DNA from: Eledone cirrhosa
Lineage: Eukaryota
Length of the DNA: 64,000 nt
Reading direction: 5' to 3'
NCBI GenBank assembly: GCA_964016885.1
Contig: OZ024743.1
Location: 237,894,001-237,958,000, forward strand
How positions within the stretch are numbered: the stretch's first letter is position 1; each line of letters opens with the position of its first letter. Of the stretch, positions 10,347-23,795 are shown one piece after another. Both the position numbers and the translations under genes were made by a program. The notes beneath the pieces were generated by a model. It did not search any database. It was not told the DNA's origin and saw only the letters and a list, made by a program, of their open reading frames with translations.

Positions 10347-11748
10347 ATCATCATCATCACCATTTTACGTCCATTCTTCCACGCTAGCATGGGTTAGACG
10401 GGTTGTCCTGTTGTGGGCAGTGTCCGGTCGGCTGACCTTGTCTTGCTCATACGGGAACTGATTCTGGCTTGATTTCTACAGCTGGATGCCCTTCCTAAAA
10501 CCAACCTCATTTACAGTGAGTGCTGGGTGCTTTTTTTCCATGGCGCCTACATGTCCACTTTACAGTGTGGGCTGGGTGCTTTTTTGTCATGGCACCTCCA
10601 CGACCACTTTTCAGTGGGAGGATGTGGGGCATATTGTCTATATGCTTTAGCTTCGGCTTGTACCCGTGGGGGGTCGGGTCTTCTGTATTACGCCAGAGGT
10701 TACGGTCGTGTGTCATCGCCTTTGAGAGGTGTAATTGGGTAAGGTCGGCTTTTATCACCTCATCCCAGGTCTTCTTGCGTTTCCCCACTCCGCGGTTTCC
10801 TTCGACTTCTACTGCTCTGCACCTTTTTATGCAGCTGTCATCCTTCATACGCATCACATGTCAATACCAACGCAACCGCCTCTCCTACACACAACCTTTG
10901 CCATGTATAGGGGAGCAGTCAGAAAAGTTAGGATTAGCAATGAGTATAGCAAGGAATTTAGCCTACAGGTCGGTGTCCACCAGGGCTCTGTTCTTAGCCC
11001 TCTCCTGTTCATCATAGTCCTGCAGTCAATAACGGAGGAGTTTAAGACCGGATACCCATGGGAACTCCTGTATGCAGATGACCTCGCACTTATAGCTGAA
11101 TCTATGGTAGAACCAGAGAAGAAATTCCAAACTTGGAAGCAGGGACTAGAAAGAAAGGGTCTCAAAGTCAACCTGACAAAGTCTAAGGTCCTTGTAAGTA
11201 GACGAGAAAACAGAACCCAGATCCCCTCAGGGAAATAGCCTTGCTCAGTATGTAGGAAAGGTGTAGGTCGGAACTCCATTCTCTGCCCCAAATGCAAACA
11301 ATGGGTACATAAGAGATGTAGCGGGATCTCAGGAAGCTTAACTAAGAATGTAGCCTTCACATGTAGCAGCTGTGCTGGGACAGCAAGCTACAAACAATCA
11401 CAGGAAACAAGTACCACCAAACTCTGGGAGGGCTCTGCAGAAACATTAGACAGCTTCTGCTATCTAGGTGACCGAATTAGCAGCGGAGGTGGGTGTTCAG
11501 AAAGTACAATAACTAGGGTAAAAAGGGGATGGAAGAAGTTCAGGGAGCTACTGCCACTGCTGGCTGCAAAAGGCTTTTCCCTCAAAATGAAAGGCAGACT
11601 GTATGATGCGTGTATACGAACAGCAATGTTACATGGTAGTGAGACCTGGGCGCTGTCTGTGGAAGACTTGTGTAAATTAGAAAGAAACGAAGCCTGCATG
11701 CTCCGATGGGTGTGTAATAGTAATATACACGAACGGCAAAGCATAAAT
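10347..11748. mobile_element. RTE LINE with inverted 5' part (3' end and tail on minus 10347-10897; RT domains on plus 10898-11748)
   Basis: Minus: ERRLRWY..MRMKDDSCIKRC..KTWDEVIKADL plus tail. Plus: GVHQGSVLSPLLF, LYADD, LERNEACMLRW. Confidence 0.88.
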
Positions 11749-11964
11749 AATTATTTATATATATAGATATATATCTTTATGTTTGCTTAGAATGGAAGCG
11801 AAATTGTTTATAAGATATTTCAAATACAAATATTAAAATGAGCTCATTTAATTTTGCTTTCAAAACTTATTTATTACAAGTAGGAACAGCACCTGCCTTC
11901 CAGGAAAATTTCTGCTAATATATATGTTACCAGCAAAGAGGGAATATCCAGGAATTATGTACTG

Positions 11965-12050
11965 GTGGATTGGCAGTACCGGTAGAGGGTCGGACGCCAT
12001 GCTTTCCAGCATAGTTACGTCCCTTTACGATCTGAGTTCAAATCCCATGC
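11965..12050 (+). mobile_element. 5' part of tRNA-derived SINE family 2
   Basis: ggtggattggcagtaccggtagagggtcggacgcc...gagttcaaatccc, as at 59458. Confidence 0.75.
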
Positions 12051-12534
12051 TAGCGTAGAAGATAGATGTTAAACGATAATGATGATGATGGTGGTGGTGA
12101 AACTTTCATTACTTATGATTAACTGAATGTCTCTTCTACATACATTGTATACACCTCATTCTACACACCTCATTCTACACACCTCACTCTATACACATCA
12201 ATCTACACACTGCAATCAATACAGCGCATTATATATTCCTCAGTCTACAAACCACATTATGTACATGACTATTTACACACCACATTATATAGACCTCATT
12301 CAACACACCACAATCTACACACTTCATTATGTATACAACTATTTCCACACCACATTATATACACCTCATTCTATAAAGCACAATCTACACACCTCAATAT
12401 ATACACACATTAATCTACCCATATACTACAATCTACACACCTCATTACATACACCTCAATCTATCTGTTACTTTATGAACTTTGGCAAATCAAAAATTCT
12501 TGGATTTTTACAAAGATGTCTCAACAAAACTTAC

Positions 12535-12643
12535 CGAACTACTGTTGGAAATATTTCTGCTGTAAACAGATAAATTGAACCAAAAGCTGCAGAGATTCCA
12601 AATTTTCCCAGAATAACCAGGATCAGAGGAAACCAATATGAAC
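12535..12643 (-). CDS. SLC22 / organic cation transporter-like exon
   Basis: tttag|GSYWFPLILVILGKFGISAAFGSIYLFTAEIFPTVVR|gtaagt. Contains the E-x-F-P-T-x-x-R motif. Phase fits exon 13429-13643. Confidence 0.9.
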
Positions 12644-13428
12644 CTAAAACATAATTAAATCAAAACATATTGCAGCAGATGCCTCAGTCCTCCTCCTTCT
12701 CCTCCTCCTCATATATACATTACATTACAGGTGAATATCTAATAGGTAAAATTTACACCACAGGATGCCCCCCCCCCCCCTTACCAGACATACTAAATCC
12801 TTCATGATCCAATTCCTATCTGTCACAAAAAATTAAACACATCACATACACATTCACATATACACATACACACAACATGATAGAATGTTAACAGAGGTTT
12901 CAGCCTTACAAAATCACATTGCACGCCAATTTTCTTTAGATAATTATCTTACAACTCAAGTTACTCACATATACATACAGATCAGCTTATAAATTAAGTT
13001 ATGCACATATTACACACACACACGTTTCAAAGAGAAATTCGGAACTCTGGAATTACTTCCCTTGTTCTCAAAAACGAGCTCTCTACTATATTAAAACTAA
13101 ATTTAGTGAGCTAATGTTTCTTTTCGTAATTTTGTCCTTGCACCCAATGAAAAGCCAGTATTGAAATGGCTCCTCCACTATACAGTAGTGGCCATAACTT
13201 GACCCTGAAACCTAAGGTCATGCATATATGTTAAGTGTATTAAATTTTAATTATCCTAAATAAGCTGTCTTCCAAATAAATTGAGCATTATTTTAATTGG
13301 CTTTTTATCTATGGATATCCTGCACACACACACACATACACACACACATACGCACACACACACCCACACCCACACCCAAACCCACACATATGTATGTATC
13401 TATGTATTTATGTATATATGTATATTAC

Positions 13429-13643
13429 CTTTGGGTACAAAATTGGAGATGATGCAGTTTAATCCACTAAACATCATGAAAAAACTAATGGGTTTTCGAT
13501 GGTCAAAACATATAAATAAAAGGTAACTACAGAAATAGCATGATATCTCCACCGCTATCACCAGCAGGAAGTTTATGTATCGGTTTCCAGCCATGTCAAC
13601 AGCATTAATTGTTGTTCCATAGTACAGCATACTGATCACCATC
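13429..13643 (-). CDS. SLC22 / organic cation transporter-like exon
   Basis: tacag|(W)MVISMLYYGTTINAVDMAGNRYINFLL..VEI..DHRKP..NFVPK(G)|gtaata. Phases fit both neighbouring exons. Confidence 0.9.
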
Positions 13644-13740
13644 CTGTAAAACAACAACAGCAACAACATTAAACAAACAACTATATATTGTTTACGCCTG
13701 AATTGTAGACATGTCATGCAGTAGGCTATTATATATATAT

Positions 13741-14525
13741 AGTAGCAGAATGGCCCGATGTTGCTCTGGATTCTAAACATAGATTGGCATGTTTATCCCT
13801 CCTTTCTGAAACAGTACAGAGAAGTATGGAATACCTTGGCCTTGGGGTGGTGTCTACATTTTGTGCTTATAAAAAGAATTCGTCGTAGATTAACAGGGTT
13901 TTTTTCCGTGCGAAGAAAATCAATACTTTATGGCGAAATAAATACTTTTGTTTATATTTTGTTATTGTGTATGCACAATAACAAAATATAAACAAAAGTA
14001 TTTATATATTATATATCTGTACATGAATATATAATTATATATATATGTATATATCAAAATAACAGATTAAAGTTTAAGCAAAGAATCGCTGCTTTCACCC
14101 TTAACGGGATCTTCTGAAACTAAAAAAATCAATCTGTGAACGCAGAAGTAAATATTTCGAAAAACATTACACGCTATATATATATATACACACTATATAT
14201 ATACATATATACACACACACATATAGCGTCATAATGTCGTAATGCAGACAGCCAGACTTACAGACAGATATTATAAGGGCGCAACGTTATATCTATGTAT
14301 CTATCTAAAAAGAAAGACTAAGAATTATAGAGAGAGATCGCTAAATCACCTAATGCAGTGCCTAGGGCATTGAAAATTTGAAATATGTTTTGCTCAAAAC
14401 ACTCACAGGACCATAAGTATTACATGTGTAAAGTTTGAAAACAATCTGTTAGGTGGTTCTCGAGTTTTAGGGAGTCAGACAGACAGACACACAGTCAGAC
14501 AGACATTCTCTGTTTTTATATATAT
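13741..14525 (-). mobile_element. Non-autonomous Helitron-like element
   Basis: Shares blocks with 18365-19939 (cagacagatattataagggcgc...aagactaagaattatagag). Has similar terminal sequence, with a degenerate hairpin/CTAG-like end at 13741-13770. Confidence 0.5.
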
Positions 14526-14634
14526 ATATATATACACATATAGATGTGTAAAATCCCAACCGCGATGCCACTCTACATCTCCCCATGTAACGAGTACCAA
14601 CATGATCAGTGGTCTCCTTGGTCTCAGCACCGCA

Positions 14635-14782
<148 letters not shown>

Positions 14783-15645
14783 ATAAAAGTGATGAAGATC
14801 GCTGGTATTAAGTCAACGTTCTCCAGCCAACGTCTAGCTCACTCAACGAATCTGCCAAATTGCAGTAATGCAGCTGCAATCAGCTGTTGAGAGTACACAC
14901 ATTTAGTTAATAGCAGATACGGTGGCTGTATTTTGGTAGAGAGAAAGGTAAAATATAGGCAATATGCATATACAATATCTATTGATATGTATCTATCATC
15001 TCTGAATTATAGTCATGTCCCGCAGTAGGTTGTTATATATATTCCAAATGACCAACATCTTTTCAACAGTGGGCATATCAAAAACCAAAAACAAAATCTC
15101 TGTTTACATTTTCAGCACCTGCCTGACGAAACTGCATTAAATAACTATTACCCAATGACATTTTAATGCCTTTGAAATATGCATAATGAAGTAGAAAATG
15201 TAAAATCGTCTTTTCTTACTAAATATTGACAATCCGTTTGATACTATATACGTAATACCTTTATAGATACCTCTGACGTGGAGTGCTTATTTTGATTACA
15301 CTATAATTAATTGATTGTTTAGATCAACCAGCATGGATTATTGAACTGAAACACACACATATATATGTATCATATATATCACATGTCCTTTATTACAATG
15401 CTATATACACATACATATATCCATATATCATTATCATCAGCTTTCATCACTGTTTAACATCTGTTTCCTATGGCTGCATGTGTTAGATGGGTTATCACAT
15501 TATGAGATGAGGCTTGACAGATCAGGGGGCCACATCTTGCTCATAGATTATGTTTTGTGGTTGGTTTTCTACAGCTAGATATCCTTCCTAGAGCTGACCA
15601 CTTAACATCATATACTGGGACCCTTTTTGTGGCTCCAGTACACCA

Positions 15646-15851
<206 letters not shown>

Positions 15852-16723
15852 TTTCAACCTTCCAGCTTACTCTTTCTCATAACCTTACTCTTTCTTGATG
15901 AAGGACTAACATCCAATATGTTGAATCATTCTTCATCCTTTTCCTGTAAGCATGAAACTAATAAGACTTTGTGTAATTGTATTTTTGTGTCTGTTTCCTT
16001 TTTTGAAATCTTGAATTATATATATTCAATTAAGAAATAAGATTATTGTTGAAATTAAATCATATATTAATTTTACCTATGTTTCACTTAGAATAAACAA
16101 AGTCAAGTGAGAGATATGTAAATAATACATTGACAGAGAGTTATACTTGTCAGCACTACAGTAATGAAATCTATATATAAATTTCTGCGATTCTGTCTCA
16201 ACAGGTAGAGAGGAGTAGTTTGACTACCTCATACTACTCCTCTCTCTTTATGTTTGCTGTGTGAATGTATGTGTGTGTAAAAAGAAGAAAGGAGATGGTG
16301 AAAAAACGTGTGTTTCTGTAAATGTATGTGTGTGTTTGTGTGAATGTATGTATGTGTTTGTGTGAATCTATGTGTGTGTTTGTGTGAATGTATGTGTGTG
16401 TTTTATGTGAATATATGTCCGTGAGTGTGTTTTTTTTTGTGTAAGTATGTCTGTGTTTGCGTATTTATATATTTATTTGCGTATTTATATTTATATACTT
16501 ATGTCAGCATTTATATTACTCTATATTTATTATTGTATTTCCACGGTAAACACTTTATCTCACATAATTATCTCACATAATGTCGAATATACAGGAATTT
16601 GATATTATTTATTTTGAGAGCAATATCTTACATATATATGAATAGCCATTTACAGCCAGTTTGAACAGAAAAAGGTGAGAGAATTCTGGCCAGATACGGC
16701 TGGTTTTAATTGCTAAAGAGTTA

Positions 16724-16935
16724 AGGTCAGCAGTTTCCTAGTTTTATGTCCATACGGTGGAGTTCCTTCAAATTCCAATTGATTAAGGCTATACTGGACA
16801 CCAGGCACAGCTAGGGAGTTTATAGCTTCAATTCTATTCTGGACCATTTTAACACGCCTATAATATTCTTTCCTGATTTTGTTTTTCATTGACCATGCTG
16901 AATCCCTTTTCCTTCATTTACACCAAGATACTTAA
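16724..16935 (-). mobile_element. R4/Dong-like (RLE-type) LINE fragment
   Basis: Frameshifted minus-strand translation YLGVNE..IQHGQ.KNKIRKEYYRRVK..NRIEAINSLAVP..KTRKLLT resembles the R4-clade post-RT region. Confidence 0.6.
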
Positions 16936-17660
16936 TGAAATCTCCCTTGATCCAGATCCATGATAGCAGTGTCATTATTAAATTGGGTTGAGGTAGGTAA
17001 TAGCTGTCAATTTATCGTGTTTAAATGTAGCATTTGCACACTTATAGGTGGGCAAAGGAGGGGCGGAGGAGGACTCGAACTTTTAATGTGATATAGTTAT
17101 AATGTTGTTTTGTAATTTTCAAGAATGTCTTGCTAATTTAAAAGTTTATAGTGCATTTACAGACTTTGCAAAAATATGCTAATAAAGAGTAGTTTTTTAT
17201 GTGATGCATTCATAGTGTTGTTTTGTACTTTTCAATAATGCCTTGTTAATGTGGTTTCATGTGGTGTAAGATATTAAGCGTTAACCCTTTAGTTACCAAC
17301 CCCGCTTTGGTTCTATGAAATAAAATCACCCATTTTAAAGGTTTCCAATTTAAATTAAATTTTCCATATAAGAACCTTGCATTACGTTACTATCTTAGTA
17401 ATAAAATAATTAATAATTTTAGTAAATCCCTCAAAATTCTTCATAAATTAATTAATTAAAATAGAGTGTATTTCATTAGAAACACAGTCATGAAAGAATT
17501 AATTATTCCTTTCTAAACTCTATATAAAATATTTGGTTAAAAAAAACTTTAAACTAATCATAACCTCATTCTTGAGCCTACACTACAACAAACCCTACTC
17601 ATAATTGTACATAACTTAAATTTAAAGAATCAACTGACCCAAAACATACTTTCAGCTTAA

Positions 17661-17883
17661 CCCTTTAGCATTTACATTACTCTATATTTACTATAGTATT
17701 TTTTGGGTAAAGGCTTTATTTTACATAATTATCTTACATAATATTGAATCTATGAGATTTTTATGATATTATTGATTTTTGAGAAGAATACCTTAACGTC
17801 GATATGAGGGGCCGTTTACGACCAGTTTGAAGAGAAGGGGGAGATAATTCTAGCCGGATATGGACAGTTTAAATGCTAAAGGG
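17661..17883. mobile_element. piggyBac-type MITE
   Basis: TIRs ccctttagcattta / taaatgctaaaggg flanked by TTAA on both sides. Related copies at ~16507-16724 and 61103-61319. Confidence 0.8.
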
Positions 17884-18364
17884 TTAAAAGATTAATCTTT
17901 ATTTATCTGTCTTCTCACAAAATAATCCATTAGTAACTACTAATGCTACAACTAATTTTAGATAAGAAAAAATTAATATATCTGCTTATATCACTAAAGC
18001 TTAATAGTCTTTTGAATTTTATTCTTGTTACATATTTTTAATTCTCTGTGGCTATACTGGGACATTGCATTCAGGGGTTTATTTCATTATAACTACAGCC
18101 ACCACTTGCAAACAAGTATGACTTGGTAGTATGAACCATGCTTTTGCTGAAGGTTTTAGGTGCTTGTACAGTGATGGCAGACACAAACAGCCTCTTGATC
18201 CTCCATTCTTTGACCTAGTAGATCAGAGGTTCTCAAACTTTTTGTCACCCCCTCACAGCCTATACACAAATTGTAAATAATATATAATAAATAAAATCGT
18301 TAATTTATATATATTAAATAATATATTATATACTTTGTATGAATAAATATATATATTTTTATAT

Positions 18365-19939
18365 ATATGGTACCCGGCGTTGTACAGGATAAGGTATTTT
18401 GGAACGCGGGCCGCCAACAAACCTAATCGTGGAAAAACTACATGCCTGGACAATATGTAAAGAAAATAAACCGAATACTCTGATGGCTGGATAATCTTTA
18501 AGATTTTCCTCGATGAAGCAGGAAAAATGCAGGGATCAAGAAAATGAATTTTTTTTATGTGCATAATATGCCTTGAAATTTCGGGAAAATCGGCTAGACG
18601 TAACGCCTCCAAAAAGCCCTAAGAAGCTGAAAAAATGAAGTTTTTCACCTAATGTGGGCCCTAGGCCATAAGGAAGCTGGATTTTCTTTGCTTACAGTAT
18701 GAAGAAGAGACAGACTAATACATAGTTACAATTTCAAGGAAATCGGTGTGACGTAGCGCCTCAAAAAATCCCTAAAAATCTTTATAAATGGAGTTTTTCA
18801 CCTAATGCGGGCTCTAGGAGATAAAAAAAAAGTTGAATTTGTTATGTGCATAACGCTCCCTGAAACATAAGTAATACCTATGTAAAGTTTGAAAATATCG
18901 GTTGGGTACTTCTCGAGTTTTAGGGATTCAAACTCACAGACACATACACATACACACACACACACAGACATCCTCAGGGAAGTGACGTAATGCAGACATC
19001 CAGACATACAGACAGATATTATAAGGGCGCGACGTAGTATGTATGTATCTATCTAAAAAGAGAAAGACTAAGAATTATAGAGCGAGATCGGTAAATCGCC
19101 TAATGCGGTCCCTAGGGCATTGAAAATTAAATTTGTTTTGCTCAGAACACTCCCTGAAACATAAGTATTACATGTGTAAAGTTTGAAAACAGTCAGTTTG
19201 GTGCTTCTCTACAATACTAAGCGGTAAAATAGTAACTTTTGTTCTGGTAAAGGCATGTAAGTAAGCAAACTGAAGCTATTACAGCGATGTTTTTCTTTAC
19301 CGGCTTTAATGTTTTGTGTTGTGTGAAATATATAACCTACAAACCTGATTTTTGAATCGCAGCAGGGTCGACTTTATTTCACTCGCTTCACTAAAGTTGA
19401 ATTTTCTTTGCTCACGGCATGAAAAAGAGACTGACTAATACATAGTTACCCCGGCTTTCATTTTTAGTGTTGTGTGAAATATATAACCGCCTTAGCTAAG
19501 CTTAGTATTGCCACAACCACGGCTGGCAAAGAAGTAAGGGTCTGGTGGTATGTAACTAAGCAACACTGTGGCTTAAAACGTGAGGAAGAAGTTGTGTGCA
19601 CTTACCAACTATTTGGAGAATGAGTGTGAGATTTGTCTTGAGCAAGGGTGGCCGAATAACCGGAGGCAGCAGACAGCTAGACATACAGGCAGATATTATA
19701 AGGGCACGACGTTATATGTATGTATCTATCTAAAAAGAGAAAGACTAAGAATTATAGAGCGAGATCGGTAAATCGCCTAATGCGGTCCCTAGGGTATTGA
19801 AAATTTGAAATTATGTTTGCTCAGAACACTCCCTATTATATGTGTAAAGTTTGAAAACAGTCGGTTGGGTGGTTCTCGAGTTTTAGGGATTCGAACTTAC
19901 ACACACACAGACAGACATCCTCAGTTTTATATATATAGA
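18365..19939 (-). mobile_element. Non-autonomous Helitron-like element with internal duplications
   Basis: Minus strand starts TCtatatatataaaactgagg. Degenerate GC-rich hairpin at the other end. The ~19010-19200 block recurs at 19690-19870. Confidence 0.6.
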
Positions 19940-20876
19940 CTAGCAGAAAACCACCCAGTGGGCGGTTTTCTGCTAGCAAATCTAGTGTATATACTGATAT
20001 TGTTGAGATTTGGATGAGAAATGTTTTCGGCACCACATGTTCACCGTCTCTCGGTGTGTCTTTTATGCATGTATAAATATATATGTTATCTATACTGTGA
20101 AATCTTTGAAATAAATATATGTTAAAACGAAAAAGGAGAAAATAAATAACTGGCGGTTAGAAAAAAATATTCCTATGAAATGTTAATCATACCATTAGGT
20201 GTGAATAAGGAAATATTTTTTTATTGTCAAAACAAATGTTCAAAAGTTAAACTTTTTTAATTATTTCCAATTTTTTCATGAAATTGAACACTGGACATTG
20301 GCTGCTGGAAATGGAAATTAAATCGTATTTAATTGTATTTAAATTTCTAACCTTATTTTATTATTTATATTTTTTCAATAAGAAATAAAAAAAAAACAAA
20401 AAAAAAATTGAAGAAAAAAATTGAACAAATCAAACGTAGGTTATGGAACTGCGCAATCTGATTAATAAATTACCTCATCAGCAGCAACCTTCTTCAAATG
20501 GTCCTTATTATCAGCAGCAACAACCACAAATTCAATGGCAACCTTCTTCAAACCACAAATTCAATGGCAACCTTTTTCGCATGGTGTTAAGTCAGAACCG
20601 CCTCGAACTGGTTACTTCTGGCTTGTGCAAAGTGTTTCTCAGGCAACCAGCGATTCCGTCGGCGTCAGTGACCAAAGTCAGTGGGGAGGGGAAGGTAATG
20701 TTTCTGTAGCACGTGTTTTAGCGTCTATTCACTCTCTCTCTCTCCCTCTCTCCCTCCCGCTATCCCCCTCTCGTAGTCTGTCTCTTTCTTTCACTCTCAC
20801 TCTCTCTCTACGCACGTGTTTCCACTGTCGGACAGACAGACAGAGAGATTGCTGGTTATATATTATAAGGAGATAT
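19940..20876 (-). mobile_element. Second non-autonomous Helitron-like element
   Basis: Minus strand starts a|TCtccttataatatataa and ends with hairpin aaccgcccactgggtggtt followed by ...CTAG. Confidence 0.65.
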
Positions 20877-21409
20877 GTATAATTTGATATTTAATATAGT
20901 ATTATATCATATTTATCTCTACCCTTAACCGCCCCTTAGGCCCAGTGTCCCCTGGACCTTCTTTGAGAAGCTCTGTAGTAGATCATCCAGGATGTGGGAA
21001 ACTGGAAGGAGAGAGGGCTGCACCAGCACTGAACTGGTACTTTCTTTATCAACTCCTAAAGGATGAAAGCCAAAGTGGACCTCGGAAGGGTTTGAATTGG
21101 AAACAGAGACCTGGAAGAAATATCCAATGTTCTGACAACCCTGCCATATTGACCACCTTTGATAACCCCAGTAATTATTTTATTGATGCTTGTTTTTTCT
21201 AGCTGCTAAGTTACAGGACATACCAGGAACCCAACATAAACACATACATACACACATATAGTGTATTATTAACAATAGATCTTTTTTGAAGAAAATGAAA
21301 ATATCTCATTTAATTCATCGGATGTTGATATCTTTTGATTATGTACAAGAACATTTTCATAGATTTGGAGATAAAATAAGCCAGTATATTACTGGTACTC
21401 ATTCTTTTG

Positions 21410-21638
21410 AACTACCAGAGGCTTTTATCTCTTAACATCTCATATAAGAGAAAAACCAACCGGTAGGAGACCCAGTGGTAGACACTGAGCAAGATGGTTG
21501 GATAACATCCCTGAGCTTGGATCGTCTCACTTGGGGATCCAGCTGGATCAGTTGGAGATGATTGTTTCTGACAGGACCTGCTGGAAGGAGTGTTTGAAGA
21601 CTCTTCCCCCACAGCCCTCTCAAGAAGAAGAAGAAGAA
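21410..21638 (+). mobile_element. 3' end of a different RTE-like LINE with (GAA)n tail
   Basis: RPSGR..ARWLDNIPELG..LGI..DRTCWKECLKTLPPQP followed by gaagaagaagaa. Confidence 0.6.
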
Positions 21639-21702
21639 TTACATAAGAGAGAAAACGATACCAAATTGGATTGATTCCAACATTAATTTATCAATTAGTC
21701 GT

Positions 21703-21880
21703 TGGATTGGCAGTATCGGTAGAGGGTCGGACGCCATGCTTTGCAGCAAAGAGTTACGGCCCTTTATGGTCTGAGTTCAAATCCCGCCACGGTTAACTTT
21801 TATCGACGGCGTCGATAAAATAAACTACCAGTAATACCCTGGAATAATTGCTGGCCTTGTGCCAAATGTAGAAACAATTA
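21703..21880 (+). mobile_element. tRNA-derived SINE family 2
   Basis: Matches 59458-59645. Confidence 0.8.
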
Positions 21881-23188
21881 TTTTATCACTTAGTCATAGG
21901 AAGAAGGAAAGCAGCTATGACCCCTTTTTAGAGTCAGCAAGACTGGAGAGAAGGTTGGAGGAACATCTTCAGACCTGAATGCTTGCAACTGAGTGGATTC
22001 TGTTAAAGGCACACAAGAACTAGATGTTTCTCTCTAACATTCAAAAATAATCTCTAACAGACTTACACAATTTCTGCTTACTAAATTTCCCTCACATGTG
22101 CCATGACAAAAAGCATCCAGTCCACCATGTAAGTTGCTGGTGCCATAAAAATAAGCCCCCAGTACACATTGTAATGTGGCTAGCATTAGGAAGGGCATCC
22201 AGCTGTAGAAAACCAAGCCAAAATTAGATTGTATGAGTAATACGTTGTCACATAACCTGCCTGGCTTCATAACGTAACAACCTGTCTAACCCATACATGT
22301 AAAAGGAAGGAAGGAAATGTTGAAAAAATTATAGCAAAACATCAACTCGCGTACCATTTGCTATGCTGTGTATGAGTGTATGTGAATGTGTAAATGTGTG
22401 TGTGTGTCTGTGTGTTTGTGTTTGTGTGAATGTATGTGTGAGTTTGTGTGAATGTATGTGTATTTGTGTGAATGTATGTCTGTGAGTGTGTATTTTTGTA
22501 AGTGCGTCTGTGCTTGTGCACATATATTTATATACACATGCACACACACATACACATACATGTCAGCATGTTGAAAAGAATCATAGTACAATAAAACACA
22601 AAAATGTTATCAATATAAAGATATTAAATCTTCGATATTCTTCAGTTCATCTCAATACCTGATACAACAACAAATATTTTAAGAACATTTTCCAAACTAA
22701 ATCAAGGGTTAGCCTTTTAGGCACAATGAGAATCTTCTCCATTTTGTCTTATCTTTTGCACCTCCCTCTCACCAACTCCCTGGTTTTCATTTCTTCTTCT
22801 ATCACATTAAGCCATGTCTTTCATGTTTGTTTACTTCCTCCATTTCCTTTCACATTCATTTACATTATTCCTCTCAATCAGCCATATTCATCCTTCCTCA
22901 ACACCTGATCCAACCATCTCATTCCATTTCTGTCACTGTGTATCTTGGTTTTGAATAGGTACACCATATCTCTGCAGTTTGTAAGAGGTGATGACTAAAA
23001 ACGGTTGATACCAGGAAGGAGGGCATGAAGCCATAAAACAGGCCCCATGATATGTATAATAAATTAATATTGTGTCCCCATACCCCTCTAAAGGGCTCTA
23101 TAATATGTATAACTTAATACATTACAGTAATATAATAATATAGCTATATGTTATGAGGTATTGAAGAATATAACAAAGACATACTTAC

Positions 23189-23455
23189 CAACTAAAACAA
23201 ATATTAAGTGTGATCATTGCAAGCCGGAATGTTCCAAACAGATCAATGAAACTCTAGCTTCGCTCATTTTTTGATATTTTTTCCTCGTGTATAATTTGTT
23301 GAAAACTGTTTTCCAATGAAATCTTATTATTTGTAAAAATATCAAAAACTTCTTTATGATCTATTTTATGGTTCTTCATAATTTTCTTTAAAATTGTTTG
23401 GACTTCTCTGAAATGTTTTCTTCCAATAAGCCACCTTGGAGATTCAGTAATACAC
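23189..23455 (-). pseudogene. SLC22-like exon (central loop) with an in-frame TAG at 23254-23256
   Basis: tccag|CITESPRWLIGRKHFREVQTILKKI...NERS*SFIDLFGTFRLAMITLNICFS(W)|gtaagt. Contains the (P)ESPRWL motif. Phase fits exon 13429-13643. Confidence 0.85.
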
Positions 23456-23615
23456 CTGGAATATTAATATAAAAACATAAAGAAAGGGTGTTGAGTTTTA
23501 GTGTTTGAAGAATGTGAAATAAATTACCATATTTCCCGGCATTGAAGACGCTACTTTTTTCCTAAAATAAGTCTCAAAAATCTACCTTGCATCTTGGAGG
23601 CCGAAGGTTGTTTAT

Positions 23616-23795
23616 GGCAGTATCGGTAGAGGGTCGGACGCCATGCTTTGCAACAAAGAGTTACGGCCCTTTATGATCTGAGTTCAAATCCCGCCAGGGT
23701 TAACTTTGTCTTTCACCCTTACGGGGTCGATAAAATAAAGTACCAGTAATGCACTGGCATAATTGCTGGCCTTGTGCCAAAAGTAGAAATAATTA
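23616..23795 (+). mobile_element. tRNA-derived SINE family 2
   Basis: Matches 59458-59645. Confidence 0.8.

Larger units (their letters stand above)
18224..20975. mobile_element. hAT (Charlie-like) MITE with nested Helitrons
   Basis: TIRs cagaggttctcaaa / tttgagaagctctg. Perfect 8-bp TSD TAGTAGAT at 18216-18223 and 20976-20983. Confidence 0.85.
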
